A stretch of 64,000 nucleotides of DNA from an uncultured Clostridia bacterium. GTDB lineage: Bacteria; Bacillota; Clostridia; TANB77; CAG-508. The position numbers and the translations under genes are program-made. Within the stretch, counting starts at the first letter, position 1. Every line of letters starts with the position of its first letter. The stretch is taken from positions 41,881 through 105,880 of the forward strand of contig CAOTKV010000003.1 in assembly GCA_948530865.1 (NCBI GenBank), read 5' to 3'. This document shows, in pieces, positions 9,739 through 18,492 of this stretch. A model generated the notes under the pieces. That model worked only from the letters and a program-made list of their open reading frames with translations. It had not been told where the DNA came from and ran no database searches.

Positions 9739-10527
9739 TTACCAAATCTCTAAGGCACTTTTACTATTTTCTTCTGTATCTTCATTTTCAGCTATTTTAG
9801 GTTTTACTTCTTTTTCTATTTTTTGCCTTATTTCGTTTTTAGTTTCTTTTCCACCATTAAACAAAATTGCTTCTACATCAAATTGATCTTTATCATTTTC
9901 TAAAAATATATTGGCATTTTTTTCATCAACACCATTAAACAAAATTACATTTTTAAATGTATTATCTATTTTTAAAATCGCTCTTTGATCTGATAATTCG
10001 TTACTATTTGTATCATTAATTTCAAGAGGTGTTATATAAAAATTATCAAAATAGTATTCTGCTCTTCTTCCCATTTCAGTAGTTTGCTCTCTATATTTTC
10101 CAAGTGTTATAGTTTCTATATTAGTTTTCATTTTTTCTTTTTCTTGCTCACTTAAATTTAATTTATTAAACCACTCATCTTTATAATTTAAATTATGCAA
10201 AATATTATTTATTTGAATTTCTGAATTTTCATTTTTAATTATTTCAGATAAAGCCCCTATTCTATCTGATTCTGGTGATGTTGTTATCCACGCTGTAACT
10301 AAATTATTATGTTCTTTTATTATTTCTTTTAAATTATCAACATTATTACTATCTCCGCCATCTACTATAATTAGATTATTTTGTATTGTTGTTATCACAT
10401 AACCATTTTTTCCTAATACAGTAACATTTATTTTATTATTATATCTTGTTTTCATTCCTAAGTATGTACATAAGCAAATTACTACTATTATAAGGAATGT
10501 AATAAATACTTTCTTTTTTCTACTCAT
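9739..10527 (-). CDS. Membrane-anchored protein with a degenerate metallo-beta-lactamase-like fold
   Basis: 262 aa with an N-terminal TM (VFITFLIIVVICLCTYL). LIIVDGGDS...AWITTSPESDRIGAL aligns by eye to the MBL/ComEC motif ILIDGG...THPHxDHIGG, but the His ligands are replaced. Confidence 0.4.
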   Translation of the reverse strand: MSRKKKVFITFLIIVVICLCTYLGMKTRYNNKINVTVLGKNGYVITTIQNNLIIVDGGDSNNVDNLKEIIKEHNNLVTAWITTSPESDRIGALSEIIKNENSEIQINNILHNLNYKDEWFNKLNLSEQEKEKMKTNIETITLGKYREQTTEMGRRAEYYFDNFYITPLEINDTNSNELSDQRAILKIDNTFKNVILFNGVDEKNANIFLENDKDQFDVEAILFNGGKETKNEIRQKIEKEVKPKIAENEDTEENSKSALEIW

Positions 10528-10539
10528 ACTTTATCCTTT

Positions 10540-11841
10540 CTAATTTTTAGAAAATTTCTTTATTGAAATATTTGAATTTAATCTTATAATTCCTACTGCA
10601 TTTTTAGTTGTAATAACATCTATTAATAAAGCATCATATTTTCTATTTAAAACTTCAAGTTCACCTTGCAAATTGTATTTTGTGCAACTAAAAGATAATG
10701 TATATTTTCCTGCTGTAAGTGGTATTTTTTGTCTAAATTCTACTACTACAATATCTCCTTTTTTATAATCTCCAGTTAACACTTTTTCAATATCTGTATT
10801 TGTTCCAGCAAGAGTTGTACCTTGAAAATCTTTTACTGTCATTGTAAATATAGGGTCACTAACATCTTGATTGAATTTTATTTTTGATTTCATTATTACT
10901 TCATCATTATTATCAAAAGCATTTATTGGTCTGTTTTTTACATCAAACATACCATAATCTATTACTTCTGCACGTTTGTCTCCATATTCTGTGATATTAG
11001 GATTTTGAACAAAGTTATGTTTCCAATCATCTAAATTCTCCTCACTTGAAGATACTACTGAAGTAATATTTTCTTCTTCTTTTTCTTCTTGTGTTTCATC
11101 ATCTGCAATTCCAACCATTATTTTTTTGTACTTTTCAACACCATCTTTTATATCACCATCATATATCTTTTTACCTTGTTCTAAAATAATTGCTCTTGTA
11201 CAATTTTTTAAAATGTCACCAACACTATGACTTACAAAAAGAATTGTTTTTCCTTCTTTTTTAAATTGTTCAAACTTTTTAAAACATTTTAATTGAAATG
11301 CCATATCTCCAACTGATAAAACTTCATCTACTATTAAAATATCTGGTTCAACATTTATTGCACAAGCAAATGCTAGTCTTGCAAACATACCTGAAGAATA
11401 AGTTTTTACAGGTTGGTATAAGTGATCACCTATATCTGCAAAATCAATTATTTCTTGTTTCTTTTCTTCAATTCTTTCATTTGACAATCCCATTACTTGT
11501 CCATGTTGATAGATGTTTTCAAGACCTGTTAAGTCTGGATTGAAAGCTGCTCCAAGTTCAAGTAGTGAACTTACTTTTCCATTTATACTAATTTCTCCAC
11601 TTGAAGGAATAACAACACCTGTAACAATTTTTAGCAAAGTAGATTTTCCTGCACCATTTTTACCTAAAATACCAACTACTTCACCTTTTTTTATTTCTAA
11701 ATTTAATCCGTCTAAAGCTTTAAACGTGCTATGTTTTTTTATTTTAGTAGGAAACATTGCTTCTACTAATCTATCTTTTTTATTAGCAAACATTTTATAT
11801 TCTTTAGATAAATTATTAATTTTTATCATTGTTTCGCTCAT
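10540..11841 (-). CDS. Polysaccharide ABC transporter ATP-binding protein (Wzt/TagH-type) with extra C-terminal domain
   Basis: 433 aa. Walker A GKNGAGKST, signature YSSGM, Walker B ILIVDE. An acidic linker leads to a ~160-aa C-terminal domain (EYGDKRAEVIDYGMFD...GKYTLSFS) resembling Wzt_C. Confidence 0.85.
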   Translation of the reverse strand: MSETMIKINNLSKEYKMFANKKDRLVEAMFPTKIKKHSTFKALDGLNLEIKKGEVVGILGKNGAGKSTLLKIVTGVVIPSSGEISINGKVSSLLELGAAFNPDLTGLENIYQHGQVMGLSNERIEEKKQEIIDFADIGDHLYQPVKTYSSGMFARLAFACAINVEPDILIVDEVLSVGDMAFQLKCFKKFEQFKKEGKTILFVSHSVGDILKNCTRAIILEQGKKIYDGDIKDGVEKYKKIMVGIADDETQEEKEEENITSVVSSSEENLDDWKHNFVQNPNITEYGDKRAEVIDYGMFDVKNRPINAFDNNDEVIMKSKIKFNQDVSDPIFTMTVKDFQGTTLAGTNTDIEKVLTGDYKKGDIVVVEFRQKIPLTAGKYTLSFSCTKYNLQGELEVLNRKYDALLIDVITTKNAVGIIRLNSNISIKKFSKN

Positions 11842-11855
11842 AATCTACTCCCTTT

Positions 11856-12644
11856 TTATAATACATCTGCAAAATCTTTTTTGTTCTTTTTAAATACAGA
11901 ATTTCCCCATACAAACATCAATATTGTAACTACCCAGAATATTATTGTGAACAAAAAGTTATGTTCTGTTATAATAGTTGAACTTGCAATAAATGCTTGT
12001 CTAAATCCTTCTACTAAATATGTGAATGGAAATGCTTTAAATATACTAGAAAGCCATCCATCAAGCATAGTTAAATTCCATATTATTGGTGTAAACCACA
12101 TACAAAGTTGTATAAGAATATTTAGTAAATTTGCAAAATCTGGAACAACTGTTGTAAGTGCTGAAGTAAATCTTGTTAAAGCAATAATAAAACATAATGC
12201 ACAAAAGATTATATAAATTATATTTAAAATGTTTGGGAAATATCCAAAAACAGTTGCTGCCATAGTAGCTATAAATACTAAAAATACGCCAATACAACTT
12301 GAAGATATTATTGATATTATTGGGATAATATCTACTGGAAATACAACTTTTTTTACTAAATAACTATAATTTCTTATTGAATTACTTGCCATTAAAATTG
12401 CATCACTTATAAACATCCACATACTCATTCCTGGTAAAAACCACACAACATATGGATATTTACCTGAACTTCCTGTTTTTAATATATATTGAAATACAAT
12501 TACATATGTAAGCATAAACACAAATGGTTGTGCAAATCCCCATAAGCTTCCTAAACTTGTACTTGCAAATTTATTTCTAAAATCATTTTTTCCAAGTTGA
12601 AATGCTAATTTTCTATTATTATATAATGTTTTAAAAAATTCCAT
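11856..12644 (-). CDS. ABC-2 type polysaccharide export permease (Wzm/TagG-type)
   Basis: 262 aa with about 6 hydrophobic helices. It lies directly upstream of the ATPase, in the typical wzm-wzt order. Confidence 0.85.
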   Translation of the reverse strand: MEFFKTLYNNRKLAFQLGKNDFRNKFASTSLGSLWGFAQPFVFMLTYVIVFQYILKTGSSGKYPYVVWFLPGMSMWMFISDAILMASNSIRNYSYLVKKVVFPVDIIPIISIISSSCIGVFLVFIATMAATVFGYFPNILNIIYIIFCALCFIIALTRFTSALTTVVPDFANLLNILIQLCMWFTPIIWNLTMLDGWLSSIFKAFPFTYLVEGFRQAFIASSTIITEHNFLFTIIFWVVTILMFVWGNSVFKKNKKDFADVL

Positions 12645-12655
12645 TTTTCCTCCAA

Positions 12656-14983
12656 TTAAAGTTTTATGAATTTTATTTTTTCTAGTAATTTTATTCTTTT
12701 TGATGATAATATTTTATTATATTTTTCTTCATCTTTCATCATATTACCAATTCTTTTGTTTAATCTATCAATTTCTTCTCTTAGCAATTTGACTGTTGTA
12801 TCATATTCAACAATTCTTTGGTTATGGCTTGCTCTTTCTATGTTTAATTGATTAATTAAATCAGAATTGTCTACTGTTACTTTTTTTTCTGGTACTACTT
12901 TTAATATTTCTTTTAATAAATCTTTATTTAAGCTTTCAAAATTTGATTTATTTGAAATTAATTTATTATAAATTTCTTTATATTCATTTGCATTTTCAGA
13001 AACTGATTTTAAGTTATTCAAATAATTATTTACGCTTTCAAAAACTTCATCATATTCTTTTTTATTTTCAAAAATTTCATTTATTTTATTAATTATTTCT
13101 TCTACTGATGAATCTTTTTTTATTATCCAACCTAAATTATCTTTTTGAACTCTTTCACTAACAGCTCCATAATCTAAAGCAATTACTGGTACTTTAGCAG
13201 TTATAGCTTCTGTAAGTGTATAAGAATATGTTTCATGCCAAATTGAAAGCATACATACTAAATCTATATTATTTTCTTCTAATAGTTTTGTAATATCTTC
13301 TCTATTATATAAACCATGATATATATAGTTTCTTGAAGATTTATTTAAAGTGCATTCTGATGTTGTTCCAAACATATGAACATTAAATTTTAATTCATCA
13401 AAATTTGCTTTTTTTACAAATTCACTTAAAATATCTACACCTTTTTGTTTATTTATTCCACCAATAAAAGCTATATTTTTCTTATCATGTTTTTCTTTAT
13501 CTCTTTTTGATTCTTTGTAATCTACACCATGTTCTACTACTTGTATTTCTATATCTTTATAATATTTGTTAAAAATCTCTTTTGTAGAATTAGATGGTGC
13601 AACTAAAAGTTTTGCTTTTCTTAGTGCATTATATACATTATTTCTCCATTTTTCAATAATATTACCATCTACATCAATCAATTCTTTTAAACATTCACTA
13701 CAATTACATTCTTTATTATCTACACAACATTTTTCATTTTTTTCAAGTAATACAATTGATGGACATACCATATAAAAATCATGTAATGTCATCATAAATG
13801 GAATTTTCTTTTCTTCTAAAACATCAAATAAATCAAAATAATGATTTTTTAAATGATGAACATGTACTAAATCAACATCAACAATTGAAAATATTTTTTC
13901 AATTAATTTTTTATAATCATTATTAAATAAATTAATATTTTCAAATGAATTTATTTTTCCTAAAAATACTTCTGAAATTGAATCTTCAAAAAATGATTTT
14001 AATTTATAACCACACTCACTATAATAACAAACATGAATATTTAATTCTTCTCTTAAATTATCTATTAAATCATATATGTGAAGTGCAGTTCCACCAACTA
14101 ACTTATTATCTCTTGAAACAAAATCATGTACAAATATTAAAATATTTTTTCTATGTTTATTATTTATATAATATTTAATATTATCTTGTATATATTTGAA
14201 TGGATTTGTATTTACTATTAAATTAGTTTGAGCAAAATTTGTAGGATATTTTTCTTCTAATATTTTTAAATGTGAATTAACAAGTTCAAGTTTTTTTTCT
14301 GTAAAAGACTGAGTACCTTTATGATAGATAAATGTATTATCACACATTAAATGAACAAAGCCTTTTTTTACACATCTATATGAAAAATCATTTTCTTCTC
14401 CATATCCTTTTTCAAAAGTATCATCATCAAAAAGTCCTACTTCATTTATAGCATTTCTTCTAATATACATACAAAAACCATGTGCTGTTGATATTTCTGG
14501 AAAATCATTAAAACTACATTTTTCAATTTCATCTGCATACTCTTCTAAAGATATAAAACTTGGTAAATTATTTTCCTCTAAAAAATTAGGAATTGATGCA
14601 AGAGTTGCATTATTAGAAAGTGGTGTTACACTTGCTACATTTTCTCTTGAATATGCAACTTCACTTAATTTTTCGATCCAATTTTTTGTTACTTCTGTAT
14701 CGCTATTTAATAAAATAACATCATTATCAGAATAGCTCATACCTCTATTTACTGTTTTTACAAATCCTGAGTTTTCTTCATTTTCTAACACTATAATATT
14801 TAGTTCTCTATTTTTCTCTTTAACATCATTTAATAATGGCATAATTTTTTTATCTGGACTCTTGTCATTTATTAATACTAAATTATGTTCCTTTAAATTT
14901 GTGTTTTCAATAATTGTTTCTATACATTTTTTAGTAAAATCATACGCATTATATATTGGTATTATTATATCTAATTTCTTCAT
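12656..14983 (-). CDS. Bifunctional GT2 plus GT4 glycosyltransferase with C-terminal coiled-coil tail
   Basis: The track ORF extends to 15007. The ATG at 14983 (MKKLDIIIPIYNAYDF) has the SD AAGGGG 7 nt upstream and avoids overlap with the upstream ORF. GT2 motif LNSDTE; GT4 motifs IAFIGGINKQKG and WHETYSYTLTEAITAKVP. The tail is NQRIVEYDTTVKLLREEIDRLNKRIGNMMKDEEKYNK. Confidence 0.8.
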   Translation of the reverse strand: MKKLDIIIPIYNAYDFTKKCIETIIENTNLKEHNLVLINDKSPDKKIMPLLNDVKEKNRELNIIVLENEENSGFVKTVNRGMSYSDNDVILLNSDTEVTKNWIEKLSEVAYSRENVASVTPLSNNATLASIPNFLEENNLPSFISLEEYADEIEKCSFNDFPEISTAHGFCMYIRRNAINEVGLFDDDTFEKGYGEENDFSYRCVKKGFVHLMCDNTFIYHKGTQSFTEKKLELVNSHLKILEEKYPTNFAQTNLIVNTNPFKYIQDNIKYYINNKHRKNILIFVHDFVSRDNKLVGGTALHIYDLIDNLREELNIHVCYYSECGYKLKSFFEDSISEVFLGKINSFENINLFNNDYKKLIEKIFSIVDVDLVHVHHLKNHYFDLFDVLEEKKIPFMMTLHDFYMVCPSIVLLEKNEKCCVDNKECNCSECLKELIDVDGNIIEKWRNNVYNALRKAKLLVAPSNSTKEIFNKYYKDIEIQVVEHGVDYKESKRDKEKHDKKNIAFIGGINKQKGVDILSEFVKKANFDELKFNVHMFGTTSECTLNKSSRNYIYHGLYNREDITKLLEENNIDLVCMLSIWHETYSYTLTEAITAKVPVIALDYGAVSERVQKDNLGWIIKKDSSVEEIINKINEIFENKKEYDEVFESVNNYLNNLKSVSENANEYKEIYNKLISNKSNFESLNKDLLKEILKVVPEKKVTVDNSDLINQLNIERASHNQRIVEYDTTVKLLREEIDRLNKRIGNMMKDEEKYNKILSSKRIKLLEKIKFIKL

Positions 14984-14984
14984 T

Positions 14985-16391
14985 TTAGTTCCCCTTATTT
15001 TCTTCAACTTTTTCTTTTAAAAATATTGGTTTTAATAAAACTGTTGATGTTACAACTTGTATCATTATTACTCTTGTATAATATCTGATAAATGATGCAG
15101 CAAATATTGCTTCACCTCCAAATACAAATATATAACATAATATTAAAAATGCAATATTAACAAGAATAGCTCCTAGTGCAATTACAACATACAATTTATC
15201 TTTTTTATCTAATTTATAATAAGTTATAAACATTGAGCCACTTATTATTCCCATTAATAAAACTACTGCATTATCTTTATAAAATTGAATTGTTATATTT
15301 TGCATTAAAGACAAAAAATATTCTAAATGCATTTCTACTTTTGAACCTGCACCAAATAATAATTCTGTTGGAAAATGTGCTAAGTTATTATAAATTTTCC
15401 AACTAATAGGTACTATTAGTATAGTAATAATATAAATTATTACTGATTTTGCTTTTAATTTTTCTATATTTAATTTTTTATAAAATATTGCAATAATAAT
15501 TAACACAAAAATATTATAAGCAACTAAAAATGTTCCATCTTGTTTGCACCAACATGCACCAATTGTATTTACCATAGAAATTATCATATTTTCAATTTTT
15601 CTATCATATATAATCCATTCAATAAAATATAATATTCCACAAGTATATAAAACCATAAATGGAACATCACCATATGTTGAACTTGCATAACATCCAAAAT
15701 TATAACAATATTCATATACTATAAGTATAAGCAAAAGTGCTACATTAATATTTGCTTTTCTTTTTTTGCATAAGCCCATAATATTTAATAGATTAATTAT
15801 TAAAAATATTCCCGAAAAAATTCTTATAAAATTTTCTTTTATACCATCTATTAATACATAAAAACCTGAATATAATAGTGGTAATCCATTCGGATAATTT
15901 TCTAATCCTGTATTTATAAAGAAATCCATTTTCTTTCCAATAAATATATTCTTTGCATTTAATGCCCATACTGAAAATTCATCTATAAATACTAATTTAT
16001 TTGAAACAGCAACTCCTATAAAATATACAATATACACTATATTTGCACATAATAAAATTGCTGTTACTGCTTTTCTTAATTTACTTGTTTCAATCTTTTC
16101 TTTTTCTTGTTTTTTAGGTTTATTTTTTATAAAATAATAAATTCCATATACTATATTAAATATTAATCCAGCTACAATTGGAATAAAAATATATCTTTCA
16201 TATTTAATTCCAATTAAGCCTATTAAATACATATACAATGTAAATATTATTATTCCACTTGTTAATACTATTGATACTACCTCTATTTTTAATAAATTTT
16301 TAATTTGAAATAAACTTAATTTATTAAGCAAAATTATAAAATTTATTCCAATAGATATTAATAATATCAGATATATTGCTAACATTATCAT
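14985..16391 (-). CDS. Polytopic membrane protein, possible GT-C fold glycosyltransferase or polymer-modifying enzyme
   Basis: 468 aa with at least 10 hydrophobic segments. The loop motif FIDEFSVWALNAK is reminiscent of the acidic first-loop motif of GT-C enzymes. No firm family assignment. Confidence 0.4.
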   Translation of the reverse strand: MIMLAIYLILLISIGINFIILLNKLSLFQIKNLLKIEVVSIVLTSGIIIFTLYMYLIGLIGIKYERYIFIPIVAGLIFNIVYGIYYFIKNKPKKQEKEKIETSKLRKAVTAILLCANIVYIVYFIGVAVSNKLVFIDEFSVWALNAKNIFIGKKMDFFINTGLENYPNGLPLLYSGFYVLIDGIKENFIRIFSGIFLIINLLNIMGLCKKRKANINVALLLILIVYEYCYNFGCYASSTYGDVPFMVLYTCGILYFIEWIIYDRKIENMIISMVNTIGACWCKQDGTFLVAYNIFVLIIIAIFYKKLNIEKLKAKSVIIYIITILIVPISWKIYNNLAHFPTELLFGAGSKVEMHLEYFLSLMQNITIQFYKDNAVVLLMGIISGSMFITYYKLDKKDKLYVVIALGAILVNIAFLILCYIFVFGGEAIFAASFIRYYTRVIMIQVVTSTVLLKPIFLKEKVEENKGN

Positions 16392-16394
16392 AAT

Positions 16395-17969
16395 TTATAC
16401 TTCCTTTTCAAATAAATCATCTATACTTGTTGCATTTTTATTTTTCTTAAGTACAGTTCCTTTTTCTTTATCATATTTACAATCAAAATATTCTTCTAAT
16501 TTTGGAGAATTTCTAATAACATAATAATCAACATCTAATTCATTTAAAGTTTTATAAATTTGATTTATATCTCCATCATTTATACCATCACAGTATATAT
16601 TGTAATGAATAGATTCTCTAGGAGATAAAAAATATCTTAATTCAAAAAAGTTCATATAACCTGTATCTTTAGTATCTATATATGCATAAACTTTATTTTC
16701 TTCAATTTTATCTTTTACGTTTTCTGCAATTTTTTCACATTTAGCATCAAATTGCGCCTCATCATTTATAGCAATTTTTAAATTATTATATGTATGAGGT
16801 AATGTTCTTATAGTTTTATAAATAATTAAACAAGAAAATAAAACTATACAAAATTTTGCTGTATTTATTATTGGTAATTTTAATTTTAAATACACTTCTT
16901 TAAAATTAATACTATCAATTATTTCTGTCATTAATACTCCTGATGCAATTGATATTCCAAGTAATATTACATAAGTAATTTTTCTTTGCCAAATTATATA
17001 TTGCATTATAATTTCTGAATTATTACATAATGCATTTATCATAAGCAAATGCCAAATATAAATTCCATACTCATATTTTGAAATAAATAACAAGGCTTTT
17101 AATACTGGATTTTCAAGTGGTAACTTTATATTAGCAAAAAAATACATCATTACTGCCAAAATAATTGCAAGTCCTGTATGCCAAACATATCCTATTACAG
17201 AATCTGAATATAAAATATTATTATGAGCCACATATATCCAAGCAATAAATATAGTAGTGCTTATACAAAGTCCCAAAATATTTAAAACAATTTTCTTATT
17301 ATCTTCTGGAACTTTAACATATCTTCCTAAAAACATTCCTATAACAAATGTATCTAAAGCTGTTATAATCGTTCTTCCAAGACCAAAATAATAAGCTGTT
17401 CCTAAATCTCCATTAATTGATTTTGCAATAATAAAATGATATATAAATGCTTTCATGCAAACTGAAAAAATAACACTAATAAATACTGTTAATTTTGGCT
17501 TTTTTTCTATACAATAAAAAATTAATGGTGAAATAAGATAAAATTGAAATATTACTCCTAATGTCCAACACACACCTGATATTGCACCTTGGAAAGTAGG
17601 ATACCAATCATGAAATAAAAATATATGAGAAAATATATTTCCAATATTACCAACATTCAAATACGCTGCCATATTTGTGAATAATAGTAATATTATTAAT
17701 GAAATATAATATTGTGGTAAAATTCTACTTAATCTTTTAGTAATAAATTTATGATATTTAAACTCTTTTCCTGAACGTTTCATTGAAGAATATATAGCAA
17801 AACCACTTAATATAAAGAAAATTGTTACACCAAATTCACCACCATAATTTAATACATCTTGAAGTGGTTTTATTGGTATATTTATATTAGTAATAACGCT
17901 TATGTGATATATAACAACTGCTAATACTGCAAGTGCTCTTACAATATCTAAATTTCTATTTCTTTTCAT
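16395..17969 (-). CDS. Acyltransferase family 3 (OafA/YrhL-type) membrane O-acyltransferase with a soluble C-terminal domain
   Basis: 524 aa. NLDIVRALAVLAVVIYH is a typical AT3 N-terminus, followed by about 10 TMs. The ~150-aa C-terminal domain has no GDS(L)/SGNH motif. Confidence 0.75.
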   Translation of the reverse strand: MKRNRNLDIVRALAVLAVVIYHISVITNINIPIKPLQDVLNYGGEFGVTIFFILSGFAIYSSMKRSGKEFKYHKFITKRLSRILPQYYISLIILLLFTNMAAYLNVGNIGNIFSHIFLFHDWYPTFQGAISGVCWTLGVIFQFYLISPLIFYCIEKKPKLTVFISVIFSVCMKAFIYHFIIAKSINGDLGTAYYFGLGRTIITALDTFVIGMFLGRYVKVPEDNKKIVLNILGLCISTTIFIAWIYVAHNNILYSDSVIGYVWHTGLAIILAVMMYFFANIKLPLENPVLKALLFISKYEYGIYIWHLLMINALCNNSEIIMQYIIWQRKITYVILLGISIASGVLMTEIIDSINFKEVYLKLKLPIINTAKFCIVLFSCLIIYKTIRTLPHTYNNLKIAINDEAQFDAKCEKIAENVKDKIEENKVYAYIDTKDTGYMNFFELRYFLSPRESIHYNIYCDGINDGDINQIYKTLNELDVDYYVIRNSPKLEEYFDCKYDKEKGTVLKKNKNATSIDDLFEKEV

Positions 17970-17996
17970 TTTGTACTCCTCTAATTTTATTCCTGT

Positions 17997-18025
17997 ATTA
18001 TATCATGTAAGTATATTCTTTTCAA
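17997..18025 (-). promoter_or_regulatory. Sigma-70-type promoter for the 1-17969 glycan operon
   Basis: The minus strand reads TTGAAA, a 17-nt spacer, then TATAAT. It ends about 28 nt upstream of the AT3 start codon. Confidence 0.55.
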
Positions 18026-18071
18026 TAATTTGTTGTCCGGTAATTGTGAAAATTGTGTGTAAATAATATTC

Positions 18072-18100
18072 TTGTTATTTAAAAAAATATATGTTATAAT
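18072..18100 (+). promoter_or_regulatory. Sigma-70-type promoter for the 94-aa ORF
   Basis: TTGTTA (18072-18077), a 17-nt spacer, then TATAAT (18095-18100). It is divergent from the promoter at 17997-18025. Confidence 0.55.
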
Positions 18101-18163
18101 ACTTTTATGTAAACTTTTGAAATTACAAAAACTGCAGGGTTATAACCCAGAAGGAGAGAATTT

Positions 18164-18448
18164 ATGTCAAAACGGAAAAATAATAAATTTAATGAGCTAA
18201 ACAACATCATCGACTTTGTTAGGCTCGTTATAATGCAACTCGAAAGCAATGTCAAAAACAGTAACATTAAACCAATTGTTCAAGACCTAAAAAAACAAAT
18301 GCCAAAGTTTGACTACTTTCCTCGCTTAGAACGGTCATATTCAGATATTTTGGATAGGGTCGCAAGCGGAAGCTATTCACCTCAAATTGCAATTGTGTAT
18401 TTCGAGCGAGAGCGCAGAAATTTAACTGACAAACTGAATTCTCTGTAA
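18164..18448 (+). CDS. Hypothetical 94-aa protein in a GC-richer mini-island
   Basis: SD AAGGAGAG lies 5-6 nt upstream of the ATG. Codons CGG, CTC, GCG, CGC are atypical for the neighbours. A terminator follows. I recognise no family. Confidence 0.6.
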   Translation: MSKRKNNKFNELNNIIDFVRLVIMQLESNVKNSNIKPIVQDLKKQMPKFDYFPRLERSYSDILDRVASGSYSPQIAIVYFERERRNLTDKLNSL

Positions 18449-18454
18449 CAAAAA

Positions 18455-18490
18455 GGAGACATGCTGTAATTTAAGGCATGTCTCTTTTCT
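18455..18490. terminator. Bidirectional rho-independent terminator
   Basis: GAGACATGC, an 11-nt loop, then GCATGTCTC, followed by TTTTCT. It sits between the convergent 94-aa ORF and galE. Confidence 0.7.
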
Positions 18491-18492
18491 AA

